A stretch of DNA of 64,000 bases from Paraspadella gotoi. Taxonomy: Eukaryota > Animalia > Chaetognatha. The translations under genes were made by a program, and so were the position numbers. The notes beneath the pieces are model-generated. The model did not search any database and was not told the origin of the DNA. It was given only the letters and a program-made list of their open reading frames with translations. The stretch lies in contig CM119264.1 in assembly GCA_051294375.1 (NCBI GenBank), positions 25,422,051 through 25,486,050 on the forward strand, given 5' to 3'. This document shows positions 52,037 through 64,000 of the stretch, one piece after another. Within the stretch, counting starts at the first letter, position 1. The number at the start of each line of letters is the position of its first letter.

Positions 52037-55000
52037 ATGAATTGGTTAATTTGTTTGGGCCGTGTCGGTCTGCTGTTCAGCACATTGATGATTGTTATGG
52101 ATTGGAGCTCTGATTTGAATGCCGTTTGCCGATTCCTTCGTTCATATGAATCTTTGGAACATTACTTTGGATGGGTTCTTCTTGCAGTCTTGTTAAATCA
52201 TTGCTTGATCTCGTCATTATTCGCATTTACAGTTGTTTGCCGTAATCCTGGGAGCTTTCCCCGAATTTTCAAGACGCCAATGAGGAAGTCGGCTGCAGCT
52301 TCATTGACCATTATTGGTCTGGGCTTGGTCCCGTTTACAGTAGATCTTTTCTTAGATAAACTTAAGACAGCAGAAGAAAACAGCGTTAAAAGAAAAGAGG
52401 CTATCTGTTTTTCCTTAAATATGATTGAAATAATTTTTGAATCATTTTTACAATTGTTGATTCAGTCAGCATTTTTATTTTTTCTCATGACAAGTGGATC
52501 CAAGGAACAATGTTTGTATAATGAAGGTAAGGTATTAGTTGATAAAGGTATTTGTGTTACCAAATTTATTTTCTCTCTCAGACTTAGTTGCATTGTGTTT
52601 TGTATGTTATTGATGATTGTACTGAATCAACCATGTTTCATTCGAAAAAAAGCGCTTATAGTTACACAAAGCTGCAATGGCTTCATATGATAAAATAATG
52701 TTGGGTTTTTTGAGACCAGATACATTTCTAATCAAACTACTTCAAACTAGTTCAAATCTAATGAAGACAAAATTTGCGTCTACAAATAGTATTATTGATA
52801 AAAATTTTAAAACGCAACCCCTTAGTGGGCCTAAAAACATACATCCAAATTTTTTTACGTACATGGTGACAATTGTATACCCACTGGTAAAAAAATGAAA
52901 TTTTGAAAGTTAGTTTAGAAAAAATACTAAAATCATTTATGTGTATAAATTTCATATTGCCTTGATAATGACTGGAAAAAGTGGGCTTTGAAGATGGGCT
53001 TTAATTTTCCAACTCTCGAAAGACAACAATATAAAAGAAGATAAAAATTATATAAGAAATTTTAAAATTAAAATAAAATAAATAAAAAATATATTACAAG
53101 TTTTATCATAATTTATCATCTGATAAGCTGCTTACTGCTAAATTATCGTGGGCAGATCCGACATTGTTTGCTCAAACTTGTTACCCATCTATCCATCAAA
53201 ACAAGAATTTTTGAAAAATTTGTTTTTCATTAACGGTTAAACAGTAAAATTTCATTTTTGGGTCAAATGATTACAAAATCATGACTGTTTTAGTTTCTGG
53301 TATAAATTTAACAAAAATATAGTGGTAAATGTTTCAATTGTATGAAAAGACCAGCCCCTTAAGTATTAGATGGGGAATACTATATTGTACTCCGCCCATT
53401 ATCAAAATACAAGGAGCTGAATTTTATCAAATTTGTACAACCAATATAAAAATTATCCATTCATTTAATAAATTAGCTATCTTACCCCTACTTTGGACAG
53501 GCTTTGGTCGTTTAATTTAAGGATAAAGTTGACATGATTCAGGAATCATCAATTAAACATATTTTTCTTTTGTCAAGTTAAAAAATCCTAACATATTCTA
53601 TTTGCAGATTTTAAGATATTTTTATATGGCGTTGATAGTGATACGGGACTCATTGGTAATCTGAGTAATGATTGTAAATGTAAGAGTGACAATTTTGAAG
53701 CTCTAAAACCCCTGCTGTTCTGCAGTTGGAGGATGCATGATATCTTTCTATTTGTATCAATGATCATTTCTACAATCAGCTTGGCCAAATCTTCTACAGC
53801 ACTGCAAATAAAGTATTTTAACTCACAAGTTTCTGTGGGGAAAAATATTTTATTGCGTATTTGTCACGCGCTTGGAATTATTCAAAAAATATTCGGAACA
53901 TCTCTCTCGATTTACTTATTTTTTATTCTGGCCCTGAGGGTTAATCCTTTTATTTTTTTTGTCAGTCCTCTGCTCATTTTTAAAAATTTTACAGCGTCAG
54001 AACTTAAAGTATTAGGAAAAGAATTAATCATGTATCTAAGTACACCAAGGTTAAGAAATGAAACAAAGCTTAAGGTTAAAGCTCTTGAATATGTAATTGG
54101 CTTGACCTTTAGTTGTCTCTTAATTTCTCTCCTCTGGACTTCTGATGAGCATCTAAAACTCAGTTACATGAGTAGCGATTTCATTTCAAGCTGGGGACTT
54201 GTCAAAGACAAATACAAGTTTGTATCAACCATAAAACAAACTATATATTATGGTGGTGGTATATATAAACGATGTGCTTACAGAAAGGCTAACGTAAGGA
54301 AATTAAAGTGGGATAAAATTTTGGCCCATTTAGGCTATGGATTTAATCAAAGTCTTTGCATAGAATTGGCAAAAACTGCTGTAAACAAATCCAATGGTCT
54401 TCGTCAATGGGAAAAAACTATCATTCTTGGCAACTATACATACTTTAAACCAGAAAATTGGCTGCTTCTTATATTATTATTAGGGGATCTTTTACTTGGC
54501 TTTACTCATCTGATTCTTATTCTCATTATAAATAAAAAGTTGTTTCATTCCTGGTTATTATTAACCGCATCTTGTTCTTTATTTATCATCATATTTGGTG
54601 ATATTATCTTCAAGACGCTCACAGATGATGTAAAAAATTATTACACTGAACAAATGCAAGTACCTTCCAAAATTCCAAAAATCACAGTTTTTCAAACTGT
54701 GAAAATGCTATCAATTTTTTTCAACGAATCCAAACAGTTTAAAAGTTTATTAAGTTACTATTTCCAGCTCTATGGCATGATAATAATCTTGTCAAAGATT
54801 ATTTCTTTCATAGACTTAAACTCAAACTTACGTTTGCCATATCTTTTAACATTTGGGTTAATATGTATTTATTTTCCGTTTTATATTTTTGATCGTTTAC
54901 AAGGAAAAATTGTGAATCAAAGCGTCAAAAAAAATATTCATGAAATCTTAAAAATACGTGAGTCATGTATCCAAAAAAAGAATCATGAGATAACATTTAA

Positions 55001-55490
55001 ACAAATCAAGTATTTATGGGTGAATCATTTTCAGAATGTTTTATCTTTTGCCTATTGGAATAGCAATCTGTATTTTTATCTGACAATGTCTTTTATACCT
55101 TTTCTGGTCACCTTTAAAACCATAATTTCTCTTCGGTTCCAAATGGGAAGACAGCGTCAAACTATTTTAATTTTTCTTCACGTTGCACTCCTTACAGTTT
55201 TGTACTTTTTTCTGACAAAATATGCTGTAGTTATAGAAAGTTCTCCTTCCAGTGAAAAGATTTTGGTGCTCAGGCATAAAGAGGCAATATTTTCAAAAAT
55301 GATGTACTTATATAAATTTTTTAAGCACTGTTGCCCAGTAGACTCATACAGCATGCTATGGTGCGCGGTCATAAAAAGATGGGACGTAACGTGGATCAAT
55401 TTCACTGAAATATCATTAAAAACATGCACCGAATTTTACAGCTTTCCTTGTTTTTTTCTTCTTTTTATACCATTGGGGATGATCATTTAG
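52037..55490 (+). CDS. XK-related (Xkr/CED-8 family) multi-pass membrane protein, 790 aa; exon 1 52037-52526, exon 2 53608-55490
   Basis: A phase-1 intron (GAAG|gtaagg ... tttgcag|AT) joins ORF 52037 in frame to ORF 53733. XK-family motifs are present: first-helix D-x-x-S-D (MDWSSDL), IEIIFESFLQLLIQ (cf. E-x-FLES-x-PQL-x-LQ), and SMIISTISLAKS. No frameshift in this copy. Confidence 0.8.
53141..53183 (+). mobile_element. 3'-terminal fragment of the same HINE family as 6039-8590, in the XK intron (mirror copy ~63150-63193)
   Basis: aattatcgtgggcagatccgacattgtttgctcaaacttgtt matches the reverse complement of 6037-6080. Confidence 0.8.
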
Positions 55491-56349
55491 TGACAAATGC
55501 TTAAAAGGCTGAATACCGTTTTTTAAAAACGATCTTACATGTTCCTAGATCAATAAATTGATTTTTCAAAATATTTTGATGTGGCTTCTTTATATCTCAT
55601 TTATATTTAATTTTTATGTAATATATTAACTATTAACTATTTAATGATATAGCATTTTTTAATTGCTTCATTTGATTCTTTTTTTATTTGAGATTTTATA
55701 AAAAAATTAGGGTCATTCCCTATTATAAAAAAATAATTCCATGCGTGTTGTTTCTTTCTATTTTTCTTTGTTTCTCTCTCAAGCATTATTTAATTTGTTA
55801 ATTCACTTAATCACTAGCTAATTCACTTTTACCCATACATTTTTAAATTAAGTCAAGTACATATTGAAAAAATAATTGTCATTTCAAGCCCATAGAGATT
55901 TTTTGAAGTTTTGAAGTTTCACGAATGGGTTCCTTCTGTTCCAAAACTCGACAAATAATTACGCCGTGAGTAATATAATGTTTTAATTATGTTAGTACCC
56001 CTAGAAAAGTATTTCTCACGAAAAATATTTTGATACTATAATCTATGCTCATGATAAATTATTTTAACGCTGTCTACATTAGCATTTAAATTTCATCGGC
56101 TATGACTAATTAAAGCATTTATACTGCTGACCTACTTTTAATTATCTAACAACGCAGTACATGAACTCGTATCTCGCACCCCCCATTACTCGACCAAACC
56201 AAATTCTTTAAGCAATAAACCCCCTCGCGATTATCAGGGTTCTTCAAAGACTAGGGTGGCCTCCCAGAGCGAGAGACGATAGACTCTCCCAGGCAGAACT
56301 AGTCGTTAGCCTCAAGGTGTCGGACTGATGATATGCGCACGAGAAGAGT

Positions 56350-56417
<68 letters not shown>

Positions 56418-56563
56418 CTCTTTTTTTTACTCGGAAATCTTTTTGGAATTTGAGTTTTTCCTTTTTTTTTTAGGCAGACGCTCAAAAATTAATCGAACGG
56501 AGAGCTAGATATGGAGAAGATTACAAACTACAAAGAGAGAGAAGGATAAAGAGAAAAAAAATG

Positions 56564-56617
<54 letters not shown>

Positions 56618-57262
56618 TAGAAAGGAAATTTAGGGAAAAATTAAAAAAATACAATGAAAGAATGAACTAAAGGATAAAAAACGTGAAAGTAAATAGAGAG
56701 TGATCAAAATGTATTAAATAAGGGGTGAACTTAGGCAAAATTTTTTTTATTAAATAGGTAATAGAAATTTTTGGTTTACCTAGTAGTTAACTGAAATAAA
56801 GTAGGCAATTTTTAATTGAGGAAAGAGGCTTTAAAACGAAGATATAACTGCAAAACTTATGATCTAATTTGCTAAGATTTAAAAGGGAAATATTTTCTCA
56901 ATAATTTAAAACAAATAATATTAAATTAATTTAAAATTAAAAAAATTACAAATTAGGATATTTTTCGGTATTAATTTTACAAAATCTTTATCAAATATAA
57001 AACTTTAATTTGCTCAACATTGAAATTCAATTGGTTTTAGCCCAAATATTTTTAGAATATTATCAATGAAAGACAAAATAATTTTGTAAAATAAAATTAA
57101 TAGCTAAAAATATTTATTCAGATTTAACCAAGTTTGGTGACAGGGTTGGAGTCCATTATATAGTTGTTTTTAATTAAGATAAACATTTTTCAGAATTTTC
57201 AAAGATGTCATTTTTTATTTTAAGTTAAAATCTTTGTTAATGAAAAAAAAATAGAAGGAAAA

Positions 57263-57770
57263 CTTTTTTGGATTTTTAGAGAAAAAAAAATTAACAACAA
57301 TGTTTTTTATTATGATTAAACATACATGTTTTGATTTAAATCTTGCTAATTTAGTTTTGATAGTACATAATTTTTTGTTTCACAAGTAAACAGTGTAAGG
57401 GATGGAGAGAAAGAGAGAGAGAGAGAGAGAGGAGAAATGTTTCCAACAAGAAATTAAAAAAATGACAGTGGTCAGCTTTGAGGATAGGGTAAGTCTCTCT
57501 GCTCAAACTTACCCTATCCTCAAAACTGACCACTGTCCTTTTTTTATTTCTTTGTTAGAAACATTTATTTTTCTCTCACTCTCTCTCTCTCTCTCTTTCC
57601 CTCCATCCTTCTCACTGTTTACTTGTAAAATAAAAAATTATGTATTATCAAAATTAAATAAGCACTGATGAAGATTTGCAAATTAAGTCGAAACATCAAC
57701 ATGTATGTTTAATCAATATAAAAAGTCGTTGTTGTTAAAAAATTCTTTTTCTCTCACAAATCTAAAAAAA
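57263..57770. repeat. ~500-bp imperfect palindrome nested in the hAT element, centred near 57500
   Basis: gacagtggtcagctttgaggatagggtaagt / acttaccctatcctcaaaactgaccactgtc at the centre; arms extend through (GA)n/(CT)n and AT-rich flanks. Confidence 0.9.
57659..57711 (+). ncRNA. Complete type I hammerhead-ribozyme motif
   Basis: TAAGCA-CTGATGA-a-GATTT-gcaaatt-AAGTC-GAA-ACAT-caac-ATGT-A-TGTTTA. Stem I 6 bp (one G-U), stem II 5 bp (one U-G), stem III 4 bp, GUA cleavage triplet at 57703-57705. Confidence 0.75.
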
Positions 57771-58992
57771 CAACGAAAGAAAGAAACAACACAATATTTG
57801 AAAATTATATCCATAGGATATTTACTTTGTATATTGAGCTCAAATTTTGTAATATAATCAGCTTGGGAGGTATTGAGTAATCCATATCATATTCTGCAAA
57901 GAATTCTAGTAAGCTTTGCATTTTTAATAAGATACAAAATATTTATGGGCGACTTGAGTCTTGGGTACATTGTTACATCATCTTTGATCGAGGTTTTAAT
58001 CTTGTCAATCATATCAGGATACAACTGAATTACATACATTGCAAATCTCTTTAAATGTATGCATCCTCATTATTATTACTAATTTCTTTACTATCTGTTA
58101 ATTAATGAATTAATTAATTAATATCAATGAATTAATCTTCCTTAATAATTTTATTGGTTCTGGTTCTGGTAGTAGCCAAGTAGATTACAGACCTAATGCC
58201 ATGCTACTATTGATAATCATATTTCATACCATCTGGGAAAAGTATTTTTGGGCTTAAAATATAGTAATAACAAATTGAAAACATAGTTGATAACGAAATT
58301 AAAACAATAAAAGAAAATATATTGTTTTATTTATCTTTAAAAATAAATATAAGCAAAATATTTTGATTCAGAAATTGCCTATATTTTATTAAGAAAATTC
58401 ATTTCTTTACCTAGGCAATTTCAGAAACACTTTGCTCAGTTAAAGTCAGGCAAAATATTACCTAAGTTCACCCCTTAGTATTAAAATGTCATAAAATAAT
58501 GATAGAATCATAAAAATTACATAAATTGATGATTTTCCTCATAAAAATTTTAATTATTAAATGTAAAGTAAAAAAAAAACATTTTTACTTTCCTTCCATT
58601 AAACCTGGTCGCCGCTCTTAGTTTTTTCTTTAATGAAATTTAAAGGCGCAGAAATTTCCTCTGAGGCCTTTACCTCCCTTTTCCTTTTCCTTACTTTTCC
58701 GAGATGCGCACACGAACTTTCTACGTTTTTGCATCAACGTCATAACAAGTTCCCGGGTCCTTTTTTTCTCGCTTTCCTTCTCTTCCTCCCTCTCCTTTCC
58801 TCCCTGAGCTCCTCCTCTTCATGCTCCTCTTCCTCCCTCCCTCTTCCTCCTTTTCTCGTTCCATGACGGCGTCCGATTTCTAGAATCTTCATGGAAGCCC
58901 CCTTTGCCTTCTTCTGGATGACTCATTCTCTCGCTNNNNNNNNNNNNNNNNNNNNNNNNNTCAGGCGAACAAAAGGGGGGAGAGAGAGAGAG

Positions 58993-59059
<67 letters not shown>

Positions 59060-59664
59060 AGAGAGAGAAAGAGAGAGAGAGAGAGCGAGAGAATGAGTCA
59101 TCCAGAAGAAGGCAAAGGGGGCCTTCCATGAAGATTCTAGAAATCGGACGCCGTCATGGAACGAGAAAAGGAGGAGAGGGAGGCGAGGAAGAGGAGATGA
59201 AGGAGGAGCTCAGGGAGGAAAGGAGAGGGAGGAAGAGAAGGAAAGCGAGAAAAAAAGGACCCGGGAACTTATATATGGCGTTGATGCAAAAACGTAGAAA
59301 GTTCGTGTGCGCATCTCGGAAAAGTAAGGAAAAAGGAAAAGGGAGTAAAGGCCTCAGAGGAAATTTCTGCGCCTTTAAATTTCATTAAAGCAAAAAACTC
59401 AAGAGCGGCGACCAGGTTTAATGGAAGGAAAAGTAAAATGTTTTTTTTTTTACTTTACAATTTAATAATTTAAATTTTTTTTATGAGGAAGATCATCCAA
59501 TTTATGTAATCTTTTATGATTCTATCATATTTTATGACATTTTAATACATTTTGATCACTCCTCTTTTTACTGTTTTTTTTTTAAAATCATTTGCACTTT
59601 CACGTTTTTTATCCTTTAGTTCATTCTTTCATTGTATTTTTTTAATTTTCCCTAAATTTCCTTC

Positions 59665-59738
<74 letters not shown>

Positions 59739-59887
59739 TTCTTCATTTTTTTTTCTCTTTATCCTTCTCTCTCTTTGTAATCTTCTCCATATCTACGCTC
59801 TCTGTTCGATTAATTTTTGAGCGTCTGCCTAAAAAAAAAAAGAAAAACCCAAATTCCAAAAAGATTTCCGAGTAAAAAAAGAGATTC

Positions 59888-59961
<74 letters not shown>

Positions 59962-60853
59962 GCTACTCTTCTCAGTGCGCATATCATCAGTCCGACACCT
60001 GAGGCTAACGACTAGTTCTGCCTGGGAGAGTCTATCGTCTCTCGCTCTGGGAGGCCACCCTAGTCTTTGAAGAACCCTGATAATCGCGGGGGGTTTATTG
60101 CTTAAAGAATTTGGTTTGGTCGAGTAATGGGGGTGGTGCGAGATACGAGTTCATGTGACTGCAGTGTTAGATAATTAAAAGTAGGTCAGCAGTATAAATG
60201 CTTTAATTAGTCAGAGCCGATGAAATTTAAATGCTAATGTAGTACAGCGTTAAAATAATTTATCACGAGCATAGATTATAGTATCAAAATATTTTTTCGT
60301 GAGAATACTTTTCTAGGGGTACTAACATAATTAAAAACATTATATTACTCACGGCGTAATTATTGTCGAGTTTTGGAACAGAAGGAACCCATTCGTGACA
60401 ACTTCAAAACTTCAAAAAATCTCTATGGGCTTGAAATGACAAATTATTTTTTCACCCGCGATTTAAGAATGTAATATGACTTGACTTAATTTAAAATTGT
60501 ATGGACAAAATGAATTAGCTAGTGATTAAGTGAATTAACAAATTAAATAATGCTTGAGAGAGAAACAAAGAAAAATAGAAAGAAACAACACGCATGGAAT
60601 TATTTTTTATAATAGGGAATGACCCTAATTTTTTTATAAAATCTCAAATAAAAAAAGAATCAAATGAAGCAATTAAAAAATGCTATATCATTAAATAGTT
60701 AAATAGTTAATAGTTTAATATATTACATAAAAATTAAATATAAATGAGATATAAAGAAGCCACATCAAAATATTTTGAAAAATCAATTTATTGATCTAGG
60801 AACATGTAAGATCGTTTTTAAAAAACGGTATTCAGCCTTTTAAGCATTTGTCA

Positions 60854-63800
60854 CTAAATGATCATCCCCAATGGTATAAAAAGAAGAAAAAAACAAGGAA
60901 AGCTGTAAAATTCGGTGCATGTTTTTAATGATATTTCAGTGAAATTGATCCACGTTACGTCCCATCTTTTTATGACCGCGCACCATAGCATGCTGTATGA
61001 GTCTACTGGGCAACAGTGCTTAAAAAATTTATATAAGTACATCATTTTTGAAAATATTGCCTCTTTATGCCTGAGCACCAAAATCTTTTCACTGGAAGGA
61101 GAACTTTCTATAACTACAGCATATTTTGTCAGAAAAAAGTACAAAACTGTAAGGAGTGCAACGTGAAGAAAATTAAAATAGTTTGACGCTGTCTTCCCAT
61201 TTGGAACCGAGAGAAATTATGGTTTTAAAGGTGACCAGAAAAGGTATAAAAGACATTGTCAGATAAAAATACAGATTGCTATTCCAATAGGCAAAAGATA
61301 AAACATTCTGAAAATGATTCACCCATAAATACTTGATTTGTTTAAATGTTATCTCATGATTCTTTTTTTGGATACATGACTCACGTATTTTTAAGATTTC
61401 ATGAATATTTTTTTTGACGCTTTGATTCACAATTTTTCCTTGTAAACGATCAAAAATATAAAACGGAAAATAAATACATATTAACCCAAATGTTAAAAGA
61501 TATGGCAAACGTAAGTTTGAGTTTAAGTCTAGAAAGAAATAATCTTTGACAAGATTATTATCATGCCATAAGAGCTGGAAATAGTAACTTAATAAACTTT
61601 TAAACTGTTTGGATTCGTTGAAAAAATTGATAGCATTTTCACAGTTTGAAAAACTGTGATTTTTGGAATTTTGGAAGGTACTTGCATTTGTTCAGTGTAA
61701 TAATTTTTTACATCATCTGTGAGCGTCTGAAGATAATATCACCAAATATGATGATAAATAAAGAACAAGATGCGGTTAATAATAACCAGGAATGAAACAA
61801 CTTTTTATTTATAATGAGAATAAGAATCAGATGAGTAAAGCCAAGTAAAAGATCCCCTAATAATAATATAAGAAGCAGCCAATTTTCTGGTTTAAAGTAT
61901 GTATAGTTGCCAAGAATGATAGTTTTTTCCCATTGACGAAGACCATTGATTTGTTTACAGCAGTTTTTGCAATTCTATGCAAAGACTTTGATTAAATCCA
62001 TAGCCTAAATGGGCCAAAATTTTATCCCACTTTAATTTCCTTACGTTAGCCTTTCTGTAAGCACATCGTTTAATATATACCACCACCATAATATATAGTT
62101 TGTTTTATGGTTGATACAAACTTGTATTGTCTTTGACAAGTCCCCAGCTTGAAATGAAATCGCTACTCATGTAACTGAGTTTTAGATGCTCATCAGAAGT
62201 CCAGAGGAGAGAAATTAAGAGACAACTAAAGGTCAAGCCAATTACATATTCAAAGCTTTAACCTTAAGCTTTGTTTCATTTCTTAACCTTGGTGTACTTA
62301 GATACATGATTAATTCTTTTCCTAATACTTTAAGTTCTGACGCTGTAAAATTTTTAAAAATGAGCAGAGGACTGACAAAAAAAATAAAAGGATTAACCCT
62401 CAGGGCCAGAATAAAAAATAAGTAAATCGAGAGAGATGTTCCGAATATTTTTTGAATAATTCCAAGCGCGTGACAAATACGCAATAAAATATTTTTCCCC
62501 ACAGAAACTTGTGAGTTAAAATACTTATTTGCAGTGCTGTAGAAGATTTGGCCAAGCTGATTGTAGAAATGATCATTGATACAAATAGAAAGATATCATG
62601 CATCCTCCAACTGCAGAACAGCAGGGGTTTTAGAGCTTCAAAATTGTCACTCTTACATTTACAATCATTACTCAGATTACCAATGAGTCCCGTATCACTA
62701 TCAACGCCATATAAAAATATCTTAAATCTGCAAATAGAATATGTTAGGAATTTTTTAACTTGACAAAAGAAAAATATGTTTAATTGATGATTCCTGAATC
62801 ATGTCACCTTTATCCTTAAATTAAACACAAAGCCTGTCCAAAGTAGGGGTAAGATAGCTAATTTATTAAATGAATGGATAATTTTTATATTGGTTGTACA
62901 AATTTGATAAAATTCAGCTCCTTGTATTTTGATAATGGGCGGAGTACAATATAGTATTCCCCATTAATACTTAAGGGGCTGGTCTTTTCATACAATTGAA
63001 ACATTTACCACTATATTTTTGTTAAATTTATACCAGAAACTAAAACAGTCATGATTTTGTAATCATTTGACCCAAAAATGAAATTTTACTGTTTAACCGT
63101 TAATGAAAAACAAATTTTTCAAAAATTCTTGTTTTGATGGATAGATGGGTAACAAGTTTGAGCAAACAATGTCGGATCTGCCCACGATAATTTAGCAGTA
63201 AGGCAGCTTATCAGATGATAAATTATGAATAAAACTTGTAATATATTTTTTATTTATTTTATTTTAATTTTAAAATTTCTTATTATCTATTTTTATCTTC
63301 TTTTATATTGTTGTCTTTCGAGAGTTGGAAAATTAAAGCCCATCTCAAAGCCCACTTTTTCCAGTCATTATCAAGGCAATATGAAATTTATACACATAAA
63401 TGATTTTAGTATTTTTTCTAAACTAACTTTCAAAATTTCTTTTTTTTACCAGTGGGTTTACAATTGTCACCATGTACGTAAAAAAATTTGGCTGTATGTT
63501 TTAGGCCCACTAAGGGGTTGCGTTTTAAAATTTTTATCAATAATACTATTTGTAGACGCAAATTTTGTCTTCATTAGATTTGAACTAGTTTGAAGTAGTT
63601 TGATTAGAATGTATCTGGTCTCAAAAAACTCAACATTATTTTATCATATGAAGCCATTGCAGCTTTGTGTAACTATAAGCGCTTTTTTTCGAATGAAACA
63701 TGGTTGATTCAGTACAATCATCAATAACATACAAAACACAATGCAACTAAGTCTGAGAGAGAAAATAAATTTGGTAACACAAATACTTTATCAACTAATA

Positions 63801-64000
63801 CCTTACCTTCATTATACAAACATTGTTCCTTGATCCACTTGTCATAAGAAAAAATAAAAATGCTGACTGAATCAACAATTGTAAAAATGATTCAAAAATT
63901 ATTTCAATCATATTTAAGGAAAAACAGATAGCCTCTTTCTTTTAACGCTGTTTTCTTCTGCTGTCTAAGTTTATCTAAGAAAAGATCTACTGTAAACGGA
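60854..64000 (-). CDS. Second (inverted) copy of the XK-related gene, broken by single-base deletions, running off the window in exon 1
   Basis: ORFs 60854..61144, 61173..61508, 62242..62502 and 62400..62603 reproduce pieces of the 585-aa ORF; the frameshifts look like read errors. Confidence 0.75.

Larger units (their letters stand above)
50616..55968. repeat. Diverged 53-bp inverted repeat pair (50616-50668 and 55916-55968) flanking the XK-related gene
   Basis: cagggcgtaaccattagtcaacttttagaaaagaaagaacccattcgtgaaac vs reverse complement cacggcgtaattatttgtcgagttttggaacagaaggaacccattcgtgaaac: ungapped, 44/53 identical by hand count. The left copy is preceded by TA. Confidence 0.7.
56719..58477. 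mobile_element. hAT-type non-autonomous DNA transposon, 1759 bp, with perfect 17-bp TIR (TAAGGGGTGAACTTAGG) and 8-bp TSD (GTATTAAA)
   Basis: TSD at 56711-56718 and 58478-58485; TIRs at 56719-56735 and 58461-58477; empty site with a single GTATTAAA in the inverted copy (tttaatac, 59541-59548). Confidence 0.92.
52331..64000. repeat. Inverted duplication: ~52331-58935 mirrored from ~59085 to the window end around a 25-N gap (58936-58960); the mirror lacks the hAT insertion
   Basis: gactcattctctcgct (58920-58935) vs agcgagagaatgagtc (~59084-59099); the window's last bases match the reverse complement of ~52331-52350. Confidence 0.95.

Noticed and set aside
52527-52690. C-terminal part of the 217-aa ORF as coding sequence
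   Set aside because: It is read-through into the intron after the G|GTAAGG donor at 52526.
56326-56350. CTGATGA motif
   Set aside because: No GAAA box or flanking helices.

Overview
AT-rich eukaryotic (most likely invertebrate animal) genomic DNA from an error-prone, gap-filled draft assembly, with dense (GA)n/(CAT)n/(CATT)n microsatellites and ten N-gaps. Much of the window is redundant: two direct and two inverted multi-kb duplications each have their junction at a 25-N gap, so most copies are probably uncollapsed alleles or reads rather than paralogues. Two genes are well supported. (1) A multi-exon GT10 alpha-1,3-fucosyltransferase (catalytic exons in three copies), probably joined to upstream exons encoding a type II membrane anchor and an unusually long acidic stem. 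(2) A two-exon, 790-aa XK-related (Xkr/CED-8 scramblase family) membrane protein with extra C-terminal hydrophobic segments, bracketed by a diverged 53-bp inverted repeat. Comparing duplicated copies reveals two insertions together with their empty sites: a hAT-type element (17-bp TIR, 8-bp TSD) and a Helentron/HINE-type element. Three distinct palindromic elements each carry a type I hammerhead-ribozyme motif of the kind found in Penelope-like retroelements. Most ORFs in the supplied track are microsatellite artefacts.
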